DNA of 63,988 nt, the filler included, from Hyphochytrium catenoides (lineage: Eukaryota; Protista; Hyphochytriomycota), in assembly GCA_900088475.1 (NCBI GenBank). It is 5 parts of 5 records of this genome, joined end to end, with 100 filler letters (N's around TTAATTAATTAA, not from the genome) between each part and the next. Parts side by side here need not be neighbours in the genome. Positions count along the whole stretch, not along the records: positions 50,079 to 58,574 come from FLMG01004513.1; positions 58,675 to 62,863 come from FLMG01000418.1; 3 more parts are not named here. One strand, given 5' to 3'. The notes under the pieces are model-generated. The model had not been told where the DNA came from. It ran no database searches and saw nothing but the letters and a program-made list of their open reading frames with translations. The translations under genes were made by a program, and so were the position numbers. Shown here in pieces: positions 49,979 through 62,963 of the stretch (position 1 is the stretch's first letter; the number at the start of each line of letters is the position of its first letter).

Positions 49979-50078
49979 NNNNNNNNNNNNNNNNNNNNNN
50001 NNNNNNNNNNNNNNNNNNNNNNTTAATTAATTAANNNNNNNNNNNNNNNNNNNNNNNNNNNNNNNNNNNNNNNNNNNN
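49979..50078. other. Artificial scaffold spacer
   Basis: N44-TTAATTAATTAA-N44. Confidence 0.95.
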
Positions 50079-50169
50079 TGGCGACCAAGATGAGGGAAAG
50101 AGAGGTGGACCAGTGGCAGTGTCAAAGTCTGGCAGAGAGAGGGAGAGCGGAGAGAAAGAGCGTGCTCAC

Positions 50170-51121
50170 CATAGCCCTATCGCTCCTCTCCAAGGCTCTC
50201 TGAAGGTCTGTTTCTCTCTTTTCTCTCTCCTTTCTCTCTCTTTCCATCTCTTCCTCCATTTCCTGCATCTTCTTCCTACTACTACTTCTCTCTTCCTCCA
50301 GCATATGCTCCAGTGTCTCTTCTCTTCCCTGGAAAATGGAGAGACGTCTACTGTGCTCTCCCAGTTCGTCTCTCATTCTCTCTCTGTCTTCTTCTTCCTT
50401 TTTCTCTTTCCTCTCCAGCCAAAGAGAGAGTAGAGCTAGGAAGTCTTGAGAGAGAAACGAAGTGAGAACCTCCCACTTGGCAGGGCCCCTTCCCCGTTCG
50501 AAGAAAGAGGCAGAGAGAGAGGACATCACGTCCTTGAGCTCATGAGCTCTCACGCAGCAGTCAGCACCCTGATAAAAGCGAGAAAGAGAACAAAGTTTCG
50601 TTAAGTGTCATGAAGAGAGAGAGAGAGAGAGGGGGAGAGAGGGGGGGAGAGAGAGAGAGAGAGAAAGAGAGTGAGAGAGAGAGAGTGACAGAGAGAGAGT
50701 GACAGAGAGAAAAGAGAGAGAGACAAACGAAGGAGATAGAGACAAAGACGAGGGGAAGAGAGCCGGAGAGAAAGAGAAAAACGAAGAGCGATCGCAGAAG
50801 AAGAGAGAGCTAGAAGAATTCAAACGAAGGGTTTAATGGCGGGAAGACGCGTATAAAAGGAACGGAGGCCGTCGGACCTCTTCCTCGAGGAAAGGTTTAA
50901 GCCTTTCCCCTTTCAACTCTGCGATGAGAGAAGCGCACCAACGCTTGCTCTCTTCTCTGTTGCTTTCTCTCTCTCTTCTCTTCTCTTCCACTATTCCGAA
51001 CTCAACGGCTTCTCTCCCAGCTCGAACGACGTCCACATCTCCCCCTTGTAGCACGTTTCCTATGTTAGCCAAATAGCGTGGAAGGAGGGGAGAATCGCGT
51101 TAGAAGGGAGAAAAGAGAGAA

Positions 51122-51166
<45 letters not shown>

Positions 51167-52095
51167 GGCAGGCGATAAGTAGGAGAGAGGGAGAGTGAGA
51201 GAAAGAGAAAGATAAGAAGTGAGGGAGAGCTTACTCTCATACTCCTCCATTGCTGCCTTAGAGCATTCGTGTTGGATTCTCTCCAGCTCTTCCTCCTCTA
51301 CCGGCATCTTTGCTCTTTCTTCGTCCTCGCCTGGAGGACAGTCTCCATCATGCTCTTTGTCCTTGGTGTCACCTAAGATGACAGAGAAGAGAGAGAGAAA
51401 CCCAGGTACAAGAGGATGGAACAACCGAAAGCATATTGAAAAGAGAGAGAAGAGGAAAAGAGAGAGAGAGAGTGAGATGCGTAAAGAAGTGACGAAAGGA
51501 GGATCCGAAAGGTGTAAAAGGAAGCAGTAAGGGGAGATAGAGAGAGAGAGGTAGATAGACAGAGAGGGAGGTAAATAGACAGAGAGAGAGAGAGAGAAAG
51601 AGAGGGAAAGAGAGAAGAGAGAGGGAGAGAGAGAGAGAAAGAGAGAGAGAAAATCAACCTTATACTTAGATTCAGAGAGATGAGAGAGAAACTACAATTT
51701 CACCTGGAAGACGGAGTCTTTTCTCTCTTTTCTCTCTGTACAAAGCGATGCATTTCTCTATCAGCCGCTCATTCTGCAGCTGCAGGACGCGATCCCAAGC
51801 TGTGGAGATAGTTGGCACGCCGCCTGAGTTGATGGCGCTAAGCGAGGAGAATGTCAGCCGTCTCCCTTCTCTCGCAGTTCTCTAGGAACAACATAATATT
51901 CCCTTTCCCTGACACCACGTGTGCTTGCTTTGCTCTTTCGTGTCTTCTCTCTTCCTCTCCTGCCATATGTTTCCTGCTTGTCTCGCTCTCTCCTCTTGAT
52001 TTTCTCCTACTACCCTGTCTCCGCCGCTCATGTGTTTCATGTTCTCTCTCTCTCCCCCATTTCCTTCTCTTTTCATCTCCTTTCTTTGTTTCTCT

Positions 52096-52147
<52 letters not shown>

Positions 52148-53271
52148 CTCTTTCTCTTTCTCTTTCTTTCTTTCTATTTCTCTTTCTCTCTTTCTCTCTC
52201 TCTCTCTATGTCTCACTCTCTCCTTCTTCCTTTTTATTTCTTCGTGGCTTCTCTGCCATCTCTCCCTCTCCGTCTCTTCCCAATCAATTGACGGTCAGGA
52301 AGTCACGCACCTGACGTATGTTTCCATCACAGTCACGAACATTTGTCCCGTCAGACACTTTCCAAACATTGTCTTCGGTCTATGGGCAGGAAGAAAAAAG
52401 CGGGAACAAGGGAGACAGAGAGATTCCGCACACACACGGGTGAGAGAAAGAGAGGGAAGAGAGAGGGAGAGAGAAAGAGAGAGAGGAGAGCAAAATGAGG
52501 GAAAAAGAGATGGCGAGGTAAAGAGAGATAGGTGAGTTATATTGAGCCTTAGTCAATGTCACTCAGAGCACTAGAGCAGTTTATGCTTGAAGGAGAGAGA
52601 GGGGGAGAGAGAGAGAGAGAAAAGAGAGAGAGTAGACATAGAACGAGAGGAATGCAAAGAAAAGCAAAGGAGGAAAGAGAGCAATCGGACCAGCAGAGAG
52701 ACGAAGAGAGGCACGGCATACACAGAACAGCGCTATAGAAAGGAGATAGTGGTAGGGTGAAGAGGAAAGAGAGCCCAGAGAGAAAGAGAAGTGTGGAGAA
52801 GAGGCTCCCTCGGGGTCACACCTGAGGCTTCCAAATACTTTCTGTTTGAGGTTCTGTAGACCTTTGACAAACTCTGGGCGCAGGCTCTATAGTTGACAGG
52901 GCACAGATAAAGAGAGAGGGAGAGACAACCAAAGGGAGAGAGACCGAGAGAGAGAGAGCGGAACAAAAAAAAGCGGGAGAGAGAGAAAGTAAGCGAGGGA
53001 AAGACAGCGAGGGAGAGAGAGGAAGACTTGCGGAGAGAACCCAGACCACGAGCCAGGACGAGATAAAAAGAGAGCCCTTAAGGAAAGAGAGAAGGGTGAT
53101 GGACCTCCAGCGGGCTCTTGGCCATGGTTCTCAGCACTTCTTCATCCTCTGCTGGTCGGAGGAGAGTCACACAGTCTCTCTCCCTGAAATAGTTGGAGAG
53201 CATCATTCGAATCTGGTTCCGTGCAGCCACTTCCTCACTGACCCCAGCCTATAAACACGATGAGAGCAAGT

Positions 53272-53307
<36 letters not shown>

Positions 53308-54396
53308 AGTGCTAGAAGAATGGAGCTCAGAAAAAGGAAGGAGAACGAGAAAAGCGAGGTGTCGAAAGAAAAAATTAACTCTAGTGACGAGCTTTATGAT
53401 GGAAAGAGTGAAGTTGGGAGAGAAGGTAAAACAGACCAACAGGNNNNNNNNNNNNNNNNNNNNNNNNNNNNNNNNNNNNNNNNNNNNNNNNNNNNNNNNN
53501 NNNNNNNNNNNNNNNNNNNNNNNNNNNNNNNNNNNNNNNNNNNNNNNNNNNNNNNNNNNNNNNNNNNNNNNNNNNNNNNNNNNNNNNNNNNNNNNNNNNN
53601 NNNNNNNNNNNNNNNNNNNNNNNNCTAACTCTAGTGACGAGCATGGAAGATGGAAAGAGTGAAGTTGGGAGAGAAGGTAAAACAGACCAACAGGAGAGAT
53701 AGGAGGAGCGAGAGGAGAGCAGGGGCGAAGAGGGAGAGGGGGCGAGAGAGAAAGAGGAAGAGAGAAGAGAAAAGCAGAGAGAGAGAGANNNNNNNNNNNN
53801 NNNNNNNNNNNNNNNNAGAGAGAGAGAGAGAGAGAAGCCAATAGAAGGGCTTGCCTGCGGCTTAAGGGAGTTCTCGAGGTATTGGCGAGGAGAAATTTCC
53901 TTTCCGTTCTCCTTCAGAGAGAGAGAGAAGTCTCTCAACACCCAGAGAAACGATGGAAAGTACTCATGAAGGTGCGCATGATCTCCTTCCTGTCCATCCG
54001 TGGAAGAGGAACTTGACCGCACGCTTATATGTTGAGAGAGACTGAGGACGAGAGAGAGGTCGCTGAGGGCGGAGTGGTCGATGACGCCGCGGCTGTTATA
54101 GAGAAAGAAAGAGGAGAGAAGGATAGAGAGAGCAAAGATGCTGCAGTCTGCACGCTCAGAAGAGGGAAGCGGACCGAGAGGATGATTCGAACAGGAGAGA
54201 GACGAATAGCGGAAGATAGTGTGAGAAATAAAAAGGAAGAAGAAGAAGCGAAAGAGGAGACAGAGCGAGATAGGCCCAAGAGAGAGAGAGAGAGAGCAAG
54301 AGAGAGAGAGCAAGAGAGAGAGAGAGAGCAAATCAGAGAGAGAGAGAGTAAAAGAGAGAGAGAGAGAAAAGGAGAGAGAGAAGAGAGAGAGAGAAC

Positions 54397-54439
<43 letters not shown>

Positions 54440-55695
54440 AGCAGAGAGTGAGAGAGAAGAGAGGAGAGAGAGAGAAGAAAGAGAGAAAGTGAGATCTCAA
54501 GATTTAGGAAGTGATGGGTCAATCTGATGGCAAAAGTAGAGAGACAAAGAGTGGAGAACCTGAAAAGAAACCTGTCCAGAGCAGATTACGAAGAAGGAAT
54601 GACGTTGGAGGCTCATTTTGTTTATCGCTCTGGGGCCTCTCTTTCTTCTCTCTCTCTACAGACTATCTCTCTCTTTCTCTTTGCCTGTCTCTGTCTCCTG
54701 TGATCTGTGTCTCTCACCGCCTCTTACCGTATGACTTGTCCCTAGTGGTCGATCCCAGACCCTGCCAGTGCAATCATAAGCGCGGGACAAGAGAGAGAGA
54801 GAGGCATATAAGTAGACTAGAGACTGTCAGCAGAGGACGAGGAACCGCAAAGGGATACTGGGAGAGAGAGACAGAGAGAGAGAGAGGGTTGGGGGAGGGG
54901 GAGACAGAGAGACAGAGAGAGAGACAGAGAGAGAAACAGAGAGAGACAACGAGAGACAGAGAGACAGAGAGAAAGAGACACAGAGAGAGAGACAGAGAGG
55001 AAGGAAGAGAGAGGGAGACAGGGAGAGAGACAGAGAGACAGAGAGAGAGAGGATGCTACCTCCGTGTCAAGGAAAATGACCGTGGTCCCGTCTTCTGTCT
55101 TTGGGGTCTTTGCCATGGCCATCCAGATTCCTTTAGTGCAAGCATTGACCGTGCGACCCACAGAGAAGGATTCATCTCCTACCAGCTGGTTGAGAAGGAA
55201 GGATTTTCCAGTCCTTTTGAGGGAAACGGCAAAGAGAGAGAGTGAGTGAGAGAGAAAGAGAGAAAGAGAGAACATGAGGAAGAGAGAGCATGAGAGAGAG
55301 AGAGCGAAGTCAAGGACTGCGTATGAATGAGGGAGGGCTGGACACTATGTAAGGCAACTAACTGGTACGGTGGACGTGCGAGCGGCAGATAAATGAGAGA
55401 GAGAGAGAGAGAGAGAAAGCAAGACTATTTCGTGAAGGAGAGAGAGGCACCTGTAGAGCCCGGCAACAGCAACGACAGCCAGTTTCCCTTCTATTTTAGA
55501 AAGAAGAGCCGCTGCCTCTCCATTGATAATGAACTTGCCAGTGCTCTCACTCACAGTCACGAGAGGAAGCGCTTGACCACGCGCTGGGAGAGACGTAGAG
55601 AGAGAGAGAGCAGGAGGGGCAGTGAAGTTTCCGCGCCCCGGAGGTGGGCCTTCAGGAGGCTTAGGCACTCGCTTGCCAGGTGCTTCTGTCTGCAT
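50170..55695 (-). CDS. Guanylate-binding protein (GBP/atlastin GB1-RHD3 large GTPase) with coiled-coil C-terminus, multi-exon, 3' end probably lost at the spacer
   Basis: Spliced motifs VAVAGLYR|TGKSFLLN (G1), CTKGIW (G2), LDTE|GLG (G3), IFALSILLSSFFLYNS, FPSFLWVLRDF (G4), RNQIR...YFRERDCVTLLRP, LRPEF, YVSAINSGGVPTISTAW, then E/R-rich coiled-coil exons. Confidence 0.92.
53376..53693. repeat. ~68-bp intronic tandem repeat flanking an N gap
   Basis: taactctagtgacgagc...gatggaaagagtgaagttgggagagaaggtaaaacagaccaacagg appears on both sides of the gap at 53444-53623. Confidence 0.8.
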
Positions 55696-55763
55696 GTCTC
55701 CAACCAGAGAGCTGCGTTACGCAGCTACACAGAGAGCACGGGGGACAAAGTAGGTGACAGGCT

Positions 55764-55807
<44 letters not shown>

Positions 55808-55951
55808 TTAGAGATGAAAGAAAGATATGCTATTCTCTCTAGGAACCAGGCTGATGGAGATCGTCTTCTTCAACTCCTTGCCCAGATACCGACAGACGCA
55901 AATGGAGAGGTTATCAAGCTATCGCTTCAGTCGCGCGGTGGCCCCTCTTTT

Positions 55952-55987
<36 letters not shown>

Positions 55988-56432
55988 AGAGAGAGACAGA
56001 GAGATATAAAAAGAGAGAAGAAAGAAAGAGAGAGAGAGACGAAGAGAGGGAGGGCAGGCAAATCTAGAGGAGACAGAAGGGGAAACCTAGAGCTGCATTC
56101 CTGACTGCCGCCTGACTTATATCCCAGGGCTGAGTGCTCGCTAAGCTCGACTTGTCTCGTCCTTCCTCTCGTTTGTCTCTCTCTCTCTCTCTCTCTCTGG
56201 CATTGTTGTCTGTCCCTACTTTTCTGTGTCTCTTCTTGGTTCCATATCAAGAGAATCTTTCTTCTTCTCTCTCTTTCTCTTTTCCTCTCTCGCTATCTGT
56301 CTACTCGCTGTCTCTCATTTCTTGGGCCCCCCCCCCTCTCTCTGTCTCGTTCAAATGGCTACCTCGCCCCACTCTGTCTCTTTTTCACTCTTTCTCTCCT
56401 CTCTTGATCTCTGTCCTTGCTCTCATATCTCA

Positions 56433-56464
<32 letters not shown>

Positions 56465-56502
56465 TCACTTCTCTATGCCCCGTTATCTCTTTCTCTTTCC
56501 CT

Positions 56503-56554
<52 letters not shown>

Positions 56555-56835
56555 TGTCTCTCTCTCTCTCTCTCTCCATCTCTCTGGTTGGTCGAATGAC
56601 TCACAAATAGGTCCAGAAAAGGCGTTACAAAACAAGATTAGTTATCCAAATAAGATAATCAATCATCTGATATGCTGCTAGTCAGAGTAGGGTTCTGGCT
56701 TGCTTTTTGGCTTTTATGGATCTTCGCCTCCTCTCTCTTCTGTCTCCTTTCTCAATACTCTCTCTCTCTCTGTCTCTGTCTCTCTCTCTCTCATCCTCTC
56801 ACTCTCTGTCTGTCTGTCCGTCTGTGTGTCTCTCT

Positions 56836-56885
<50 letters not shown>

Positions 56886-57085
56886 TGGTCACTGACAGCT
56901 CTTGTCTCTCTTCCCTATCCTCTCACTCCTTTAACGTAAGTTGCTTACTTCTGTCGTTGCTTGATGATAAGGACACAGGGACGATAATGCGTGCCTCGAC
57001 ATCAAGTTCTTCCCTTGCAGTGCATAGCGTGCAGCCTCTCCTGATCCCTCGGAGTCCATTAGTCTTCCCTGTTGAGGCTTGGAAC

Positions 57086-57407
57086 ATGGCCGCCGGACTA
57101 GCTCTTCGTCGAGCTCAACGGTTTAGAACTCTCTGTCGACGGAGCGGACTCACGTGGGCTGACAGGCAAAGGCATTGTTCCTTGAGTCCTGGGTCTCTAG
57201 ATCTCCACTCGCGATTTTCTCTTCACTCTCTTCCCGTCTCTGACTGCTCTTTTAGGACATACTCTCTTTCTCTCTGTCTCCCTCTCCTTTAACAAGTGTA
57301 ATCTGGTCTCTATCCTGCGTTCTGTCATTCAGGCGGCATAATGTGTTTGCACTCTTCCTTTTATGTCACCTTCTCTCGCCCACCGCCCTTTCACTCTCTC
57401 TCTCTCA

Positions 57408-57461
<54 letters not shown>

Positions 57462-58406
57462 GTCATCCTCGTTCCGTCGCTGTACGTCCTCCGGGCACAC
57501 GACAGGCCCAACATCGCTCTAAACTATGGTCCGAGCCGATGGTGAGTGCCTCTGATGAAGGAAACATTTGTAGGAAGAGATATGAAGGAAGGCCCACTAA
57601 CCTGTTAGGTTGTTAGGCTGTCCAGCACCACGGCCGAGACAGAGGAGAAGAAGGCGACTGCTAGCGATGGCCGAGCCTTCTGGCAGCAGCTGAAAGAGGT
57701 GACGAGAGAAGAAGGCGGTGGCTTCTCCTCTCTTTTGCAGACACTGCAATTGCCGAGAGACAAACCCAAACTTACAGAGATGATGAAGCTGCTGGCAAGT
57801 ACTAAGAGGGGAGAGGTGGGAGGTGAGTCGTCAGCGATCTTTATTTCTCCCCTCTCTCTCTCTNNNNNNNNNNNNNNNNNNNNNNNNNNNNNNNNNNNNN
57901 NNNNNNNNNNNNTCTCTCTCTCTCTCTTCCCGTCCGTCTCTCTCTCTCTGTGTCTCCCTCGCTCCGTAGCTCTTTGTATTTGAATTCCAGCCATCCTCTC
58001 AGCTGCTAGCCCATACGTGTAAGCCACTTGAGCCTTCCTCGGGTCTGCAGGATGCTTTGTATCCTTCCCCCAATTTCTCGTTTGTCTCTTTTCTTTCGCT
58101 TCCCTCTCTCTCTCTTCTCCTGCTCCGGCCCTTTTCTCTCCTTCCCTGGTCGCCTTTGGAAAGGAGTCTTTCTCTTTCGGTCTGCTAAAATTATGAATTG
58201 AAGAGTTTTAGCTTGTTCCATTGGCATCTTCCATGCACTTTCTGCTCTGCTCTCCCTTCCTATAGTTCGCTCACCGGTGCTTCAAAGACGTACTCCCCAA
58301 GGTTGTCACGCGGCTACTCTGCAGTGGCTACGAAAGGCTGGACACTGCAGGAAAGGAGCAATTTCTCCTAACATTAGCGGAAGATTTGGGACACGAAGAG
58401 TCGAAT
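57086..58406 (+). CDS. MLYCD: Malonyl-CoA decarboxylase, mitochondrial precursor (5' exons; truncated by the spacer)
   Basis: Manual splicing gives an Arg-rich presequence MAAGLALRRAQRFRTLCRR...SRWLSSTTA, then ...RGEVG|DVLPKVVTRLLCSGYERLDTAGKEQFLLTLAEDLG. This resembles the MCD N-terminal helical domain (Y..L.....FL..LA.DFG). Confidence 0.62.
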
Positions 58407-58574
58407 GTGAGTGCCTGTACAACGATCGCCGCGACATGAGGCAACCTGATACAGCTACAAAGAGGGTAAAGAGAAAGAATGAAAGAAGGAGACGCACGGC
58501 ATCTCACGTTGTCCGTGTAGGTGGAAGAAGTTCTGAAGCTTTGGGGAGCTTCGCCAGGCAATGACTCGGACAAG

Positions 58575-58674
58575 NNNNNNNNNNNNNNNNNNNNNNNNNN
58601 NNNNNNNNNNNNNNNNNNTTAATTAATTAANNNNNNNNNNNNNNNNNNNNNNNNNNNNNNNNNNNNNNNNNNNN
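58575..58674. other. Artificial scaffold spacer
   Basis: N44-TTAATTAATTAA-N44. Confidence 0.95.
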
Positions 58675-60240
58675 GCTTTCAGCGCTGGGTCCTGAACGCC
58701 ATCTGAGAGAGAGAAAGGGGCAAGATCGAAAGAGATAAGAGGGATGTTAGAGCTGGAAAGGTGTTAAAAGATTTGATGAGGGAGGAGGGGGAGGGAAGAG
58801 AGAGAGAGGCGCAACAAATACCGAGAGAGAAGAGAGAGGGGGGAAGACAAAGGTAGAAGAGGCGAGGAGGGTCTGGAACTGTGTGACAGAGAGAGAGAGA
58901 AGACCATGAATCAATGTCAATAAGTCAGGAGCGTAGGGAGAGAAAGACGAGAGGAAGGCAGACCCTGCCCATCAAGCAGCGGGAAGATCTGAAGTTTTCT
59001 CAGGAGAAAGGTTGGGAGAGTGAGAGGAGAAAGGTAAGAGTCGTCGTCCTCCCTACCTGGGGCGGTCGGCTTCTTCTCCTTCTTTGGAGGCATGACTTCC
59101 TTTATTGCTTCTAAAGAGAGGACAGACGGCTTGCGTCCAGCACTCTTTAGGTCTCTCTCTCTGTCTCGGTCTCGCTGTGTGTCTCAGTGTCTCTCTGTTC
59201 CCCTCTCTCTTCCACCTTGCTCTATCTTTTCATTCGCCTTTGTCTGCACTACTTCAGTCACCTGGTGCAGGGGACGAACAAGATTGGTCGTGTATCTTTG
59301 TCCAGAGAGCTGCGGCGGCAAGTCGATGCTTATCGGAGAGACATAACCTAGCGCCTCTCTCTCTCTCTCTCTCACAGAGCTTCTCCTTCCCCGCTGCTTG
59401 ATCTCACACTCCTCTCTGGTGCCCACTGCTGCTGGTGCACTCCTCCCTTCTTTCTCGATGCCCTTCCGTTCAGGATGTGTTATTACGAGCCCGAGACAGT
59501 CCGAGAGACAGACAGTCAAAGGACAAGATGCTTCATTCAAGCTTCAACGGGGACTTACTGTTTGTTTGATAGAATCTGACAGAAGATAGACAGAGAGGCG
59601 GGAGAGAGGAGGAAGAGAGAGAGAGAGAGAGGTGTGTGTGTGTNNNNNNNNNNNNNNNNNNNNNNNNNNNNNNNNNNNNNNNNNNNNNNNAGAGAGAGAG
59701 AGAGAGAGAGAAAGAGGGAGAGAAAGAAGAGACAGACAGACAGCATATTGCCCTTTCTAAACTGTTGGGGGAAGGGAAGGACTCAAACGCATTGATAGCC
59801 GCTAACGGCCAATCTTAACCTTCGGCAATTGATTATTATTTACGGGAAATGTGTTGACGCCGATGGAGGAGGTGAGCACATGTTGCTATTTTGGTGAAGA
59901 ACAGTTCGGTTCATTGTCAGAAAGTTCCAATGTATTCACCAAGAATCACTGTTTCCCACAACCCTTTGTCTCTCTCTCTGCTCTCCCTCGCCTGCCTTGG
60001 TCCGTTGCGGCTTGTCAGGCCCTTCTGCCCTTCTCTCTCTCTCGCGCGCGCGCGCGCACTCTCGGCATACGTGCGCGTACCTGCGCTTGCTTCCTCTCTC
60101 TCTCCTCTTCGCTGATCCATCCGCTAGGATTACCTGCTTGTCAATCACTCTCCCTATCTACATGTGAAGAAAGCGCCCTCTTTTGGTCTCTTTCTCTCTG
60201 TCTGTCTCTCTGTCGTTCGCTGCCCTCTTCCGACGACTTA

Positions 60241-60593
60241 TTAGAGCTCGGTGCTTCGTCTTTCAAGTAGTTCGAAGACAAAGCTTTCCCAAGGAGCGAG
60301 ACGGAACCAGCAGCCTTCCTCATCCATCGTCTTGTCCAGCGGCCGAAGATAGGTCGGCCCCCCATAGATGTCGTGCAGGATGATAGAGCTGCAAAGATGG
60401 CAACCAACCAGAAGGAATCGGGGAAAGAGATAGTGTTTGGGCAGGAAGGTGAGAGAGAGACTCAGGAGTCAAAACCTTCTGATACCGACGTGGAGCAGAG
60501 GAGATAGTTGACAGAAGAAGACCAGTATGAAGAGAGAGCACCGAAGAAAAGCTGGGGTTAGAGAGAGAGACTAAGACAATGATGTGGAAAGGG

Positions 60594-60658
<65 letters not shown>

Positions 60659-60952
60659 TAAGAAACCGACGCACCTGCAGCCTCTTTGTCTCAGCTGTGA
60701 GAGAAACTTCGCGGGAAGTCTGACATGCCCATGACTGTCATGCTCGGAATAGTTCACAAGGATGAGGGTCCCGGCGCTGACCTCTGATGCCTGAGGCGTA
60801 AATGTTAGGCCACCTCGCCCACAGAGGAACATAAAAGAGTCTTTTGGTCTGGAGTCTCTGGACCATTCTACCCCTTTTCCTCTAAACCACTTCTTTGACT
60901 ATCTTCCTCTTTTGTTGCTCTCTTATCACTCTCTTTCTCTCTCTCTCTTTCT

Positions 60953-60998
<46 letters not shown>

Positions 60999-62640
60999 CT
61001 CTCTCCACACTCTCTCGGTCTCCGCTACATCCGTGTCGCCAATCTTCTACTTCCCGCTCTTTCTCTCACTTCTGTCTTGCCGTCCACTTCCAGTCTTTCT
61101 TACCTTGGTCTCTCTCTTGCTGCCGTTCTCTTCCTTGATGGCGAGTCTCGCTATAAGCGACCTAAAAGAAGAACTTCCGTCCTTCGAAGCGGTCGTTTCC
61201 AGCAGTTGTAAAGTTCTGGCAAAGGACGTATAGAAGTAAAAGAGAAACGGGCATGAGAAAGAGAAGAGAGAGACGAGGCAAGAGAGAGGAGGAGAGAAGA
61301 GGCAAACATTCTGCAAAATGAGTGGTTCCGTTGGTGCTTGCAATATCAAGAGGGACGTTTGTGGGTAGCAACGTCGAGGCACATGCGAAATGAGAGAAGA
61401 GGATAGAGAGATAGAGCAGAGAAAGCGAGAGGAGAGCACAAATAAGTGACGACATAGAGGCTGGTCCTTGTCCGACCATGGACGTCACAGCCTTACCCTG
61501 TTCGTAGCTCTGGGCGGGGCAGGACTTGTTTGATCAGCTGCAGGTATTTCCCTAGCACCTGCTCATCCATGGGCTCCTCCCGCCTCTGAGCCACATGCAT
61601 CGAGAGAAAAGACTTCCGTCCCTAAATAAGAGAAGACAAGAGAGGGAGGCAGTATGGAGCACTGAGTGGGAGGTAGAACTCCGTGCGTTGGCCCTTCCAC
61701 TATTCTCATGGTTGAGAGATCGATAGAGGAGAGTAATGATCAATGGACTTGGTAACGCAGAAGTTAGAGACAGTAGAGATTGTTTCCGCCCTACTCAATG
61801 GTCAAGTGAGAGAAATTAAGAGACGTAAATAGAGAAGAGGAAGTTTTTTCTTGACCTGCAGTTGTCCTTGATGGAAGAATCTGAGACCTGGAGACGTGTA
61901 GCAGATTGTCAGGGCCGCTGTGTGTCGCTTAAGGTCCGGGAACTCCGCGGCTGCTCGATGTTCGTCATGATTCTCTAGAAAGCGGACTGACTTTTCCTAT
62001 TGTTTGGAGAGCAGTAGTGAGCACAAGGGAACAAGACAAAATGAATGACGAGAATTGCGGAGGATCCATCGTAGGAAGATGTGAAGGACAGAACAAGAGC
62101 AGCAGCTCGGTGTTGTTCGCATTTCCCCCTTAGAAATGGCTAACTCTTAAGGGAGGAGAGACGTTATTCTTCCTAGGGAAGGGAAGGACTAGAAAGGAAT
62201 AGAAGAAAGAGAGAATGGGCACCTGAAATGCCATGTCCGCCCTCAGATGCCCTGTTACTTCCTCCGCCGGGCCACTTTTGAGCCGGTCGTAGAGCCGCTT
62301 GTCGTAGGTGAAGTCAAACCCCATCGTTTGAAGCTTGTGCTCCATGTCCCAGTATACCTGATTGTAAGCGAGTGTTAGTATCTTTGTCCTTTGACCTATC
62401 CCGAGTCCTTCTCATCTCTGGCATAGTCTATAGACTAGGCACTGTCAAGCACGCTACCCCTTCTCTTATGCTCTATAAACCATAGGAATCATCGTCCTGC
62501 TACACTCTCGATCACAGGCTGGCTGCGCCGTTTACCTCTGCCATAAAAATAAAGTTCGGGTTAGCGTTCTTGACTTTCTGGATAGCTTCAGGCCAGAATT
62601 CCCCAAGCTTCTCAGGAAGGCTCGTGGGCCGTAGTTGCTC
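60241..62640 (-). CDS. GH13 alpha-amylase-family glycosidase (uncharacterised AmyAc_1-like group), 3' exons; 5' part lost at the spacer
   Basis: Spliced EFWPEAIQKVK...FIFMAE|VYWDMEHKLQTMGFDFTYDKRLYDRL...|EKSVRFLENHDEHRAA...PGLRFFHQGQ...LILVNYSEHDSHGHVRL...GCWFRLAPWESFVFE. Catalytic Glu (AEVYW) and Asp (NHDE) are visible. TAA at 60241-60243. Confidence 0.87.
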
Positions 62641-62863
62641 TGAAGCAAAGAACGAAAGAGAAAAAGTGAGAGAACTGAAGGCGGAAGCGACTGGAGATTG
62701 AGAGAAAGAAACAGACACCAGAGACGACACTTAGAAAATTCAAACACGGTAGAAGAATAAGATTGCATAGAAGTAAGGCGCCTGTTCCTTTGGAGATACA
62801 GACAAAGAGAGTCAGAGAGAGAAAAGAGAAAGAAAAAGAAACACACAGAGAGAGAGAGAGAGA

Positions 62864-62963
62864 NNNNNNNNNNNNNNNNNNNNNNNNNNNNNNNNNNNNN
62901 NNNNNNNTTAATTAATTAANNNNNNNNNNNNNNNNNNNNNNNNNNNNNNNNNNNNNNNNNNNN
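62864..62963. other. Artificial scaffold spacer
   Basis: N44-TTAATTAATTAA-N44. Confidence 0.95.
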
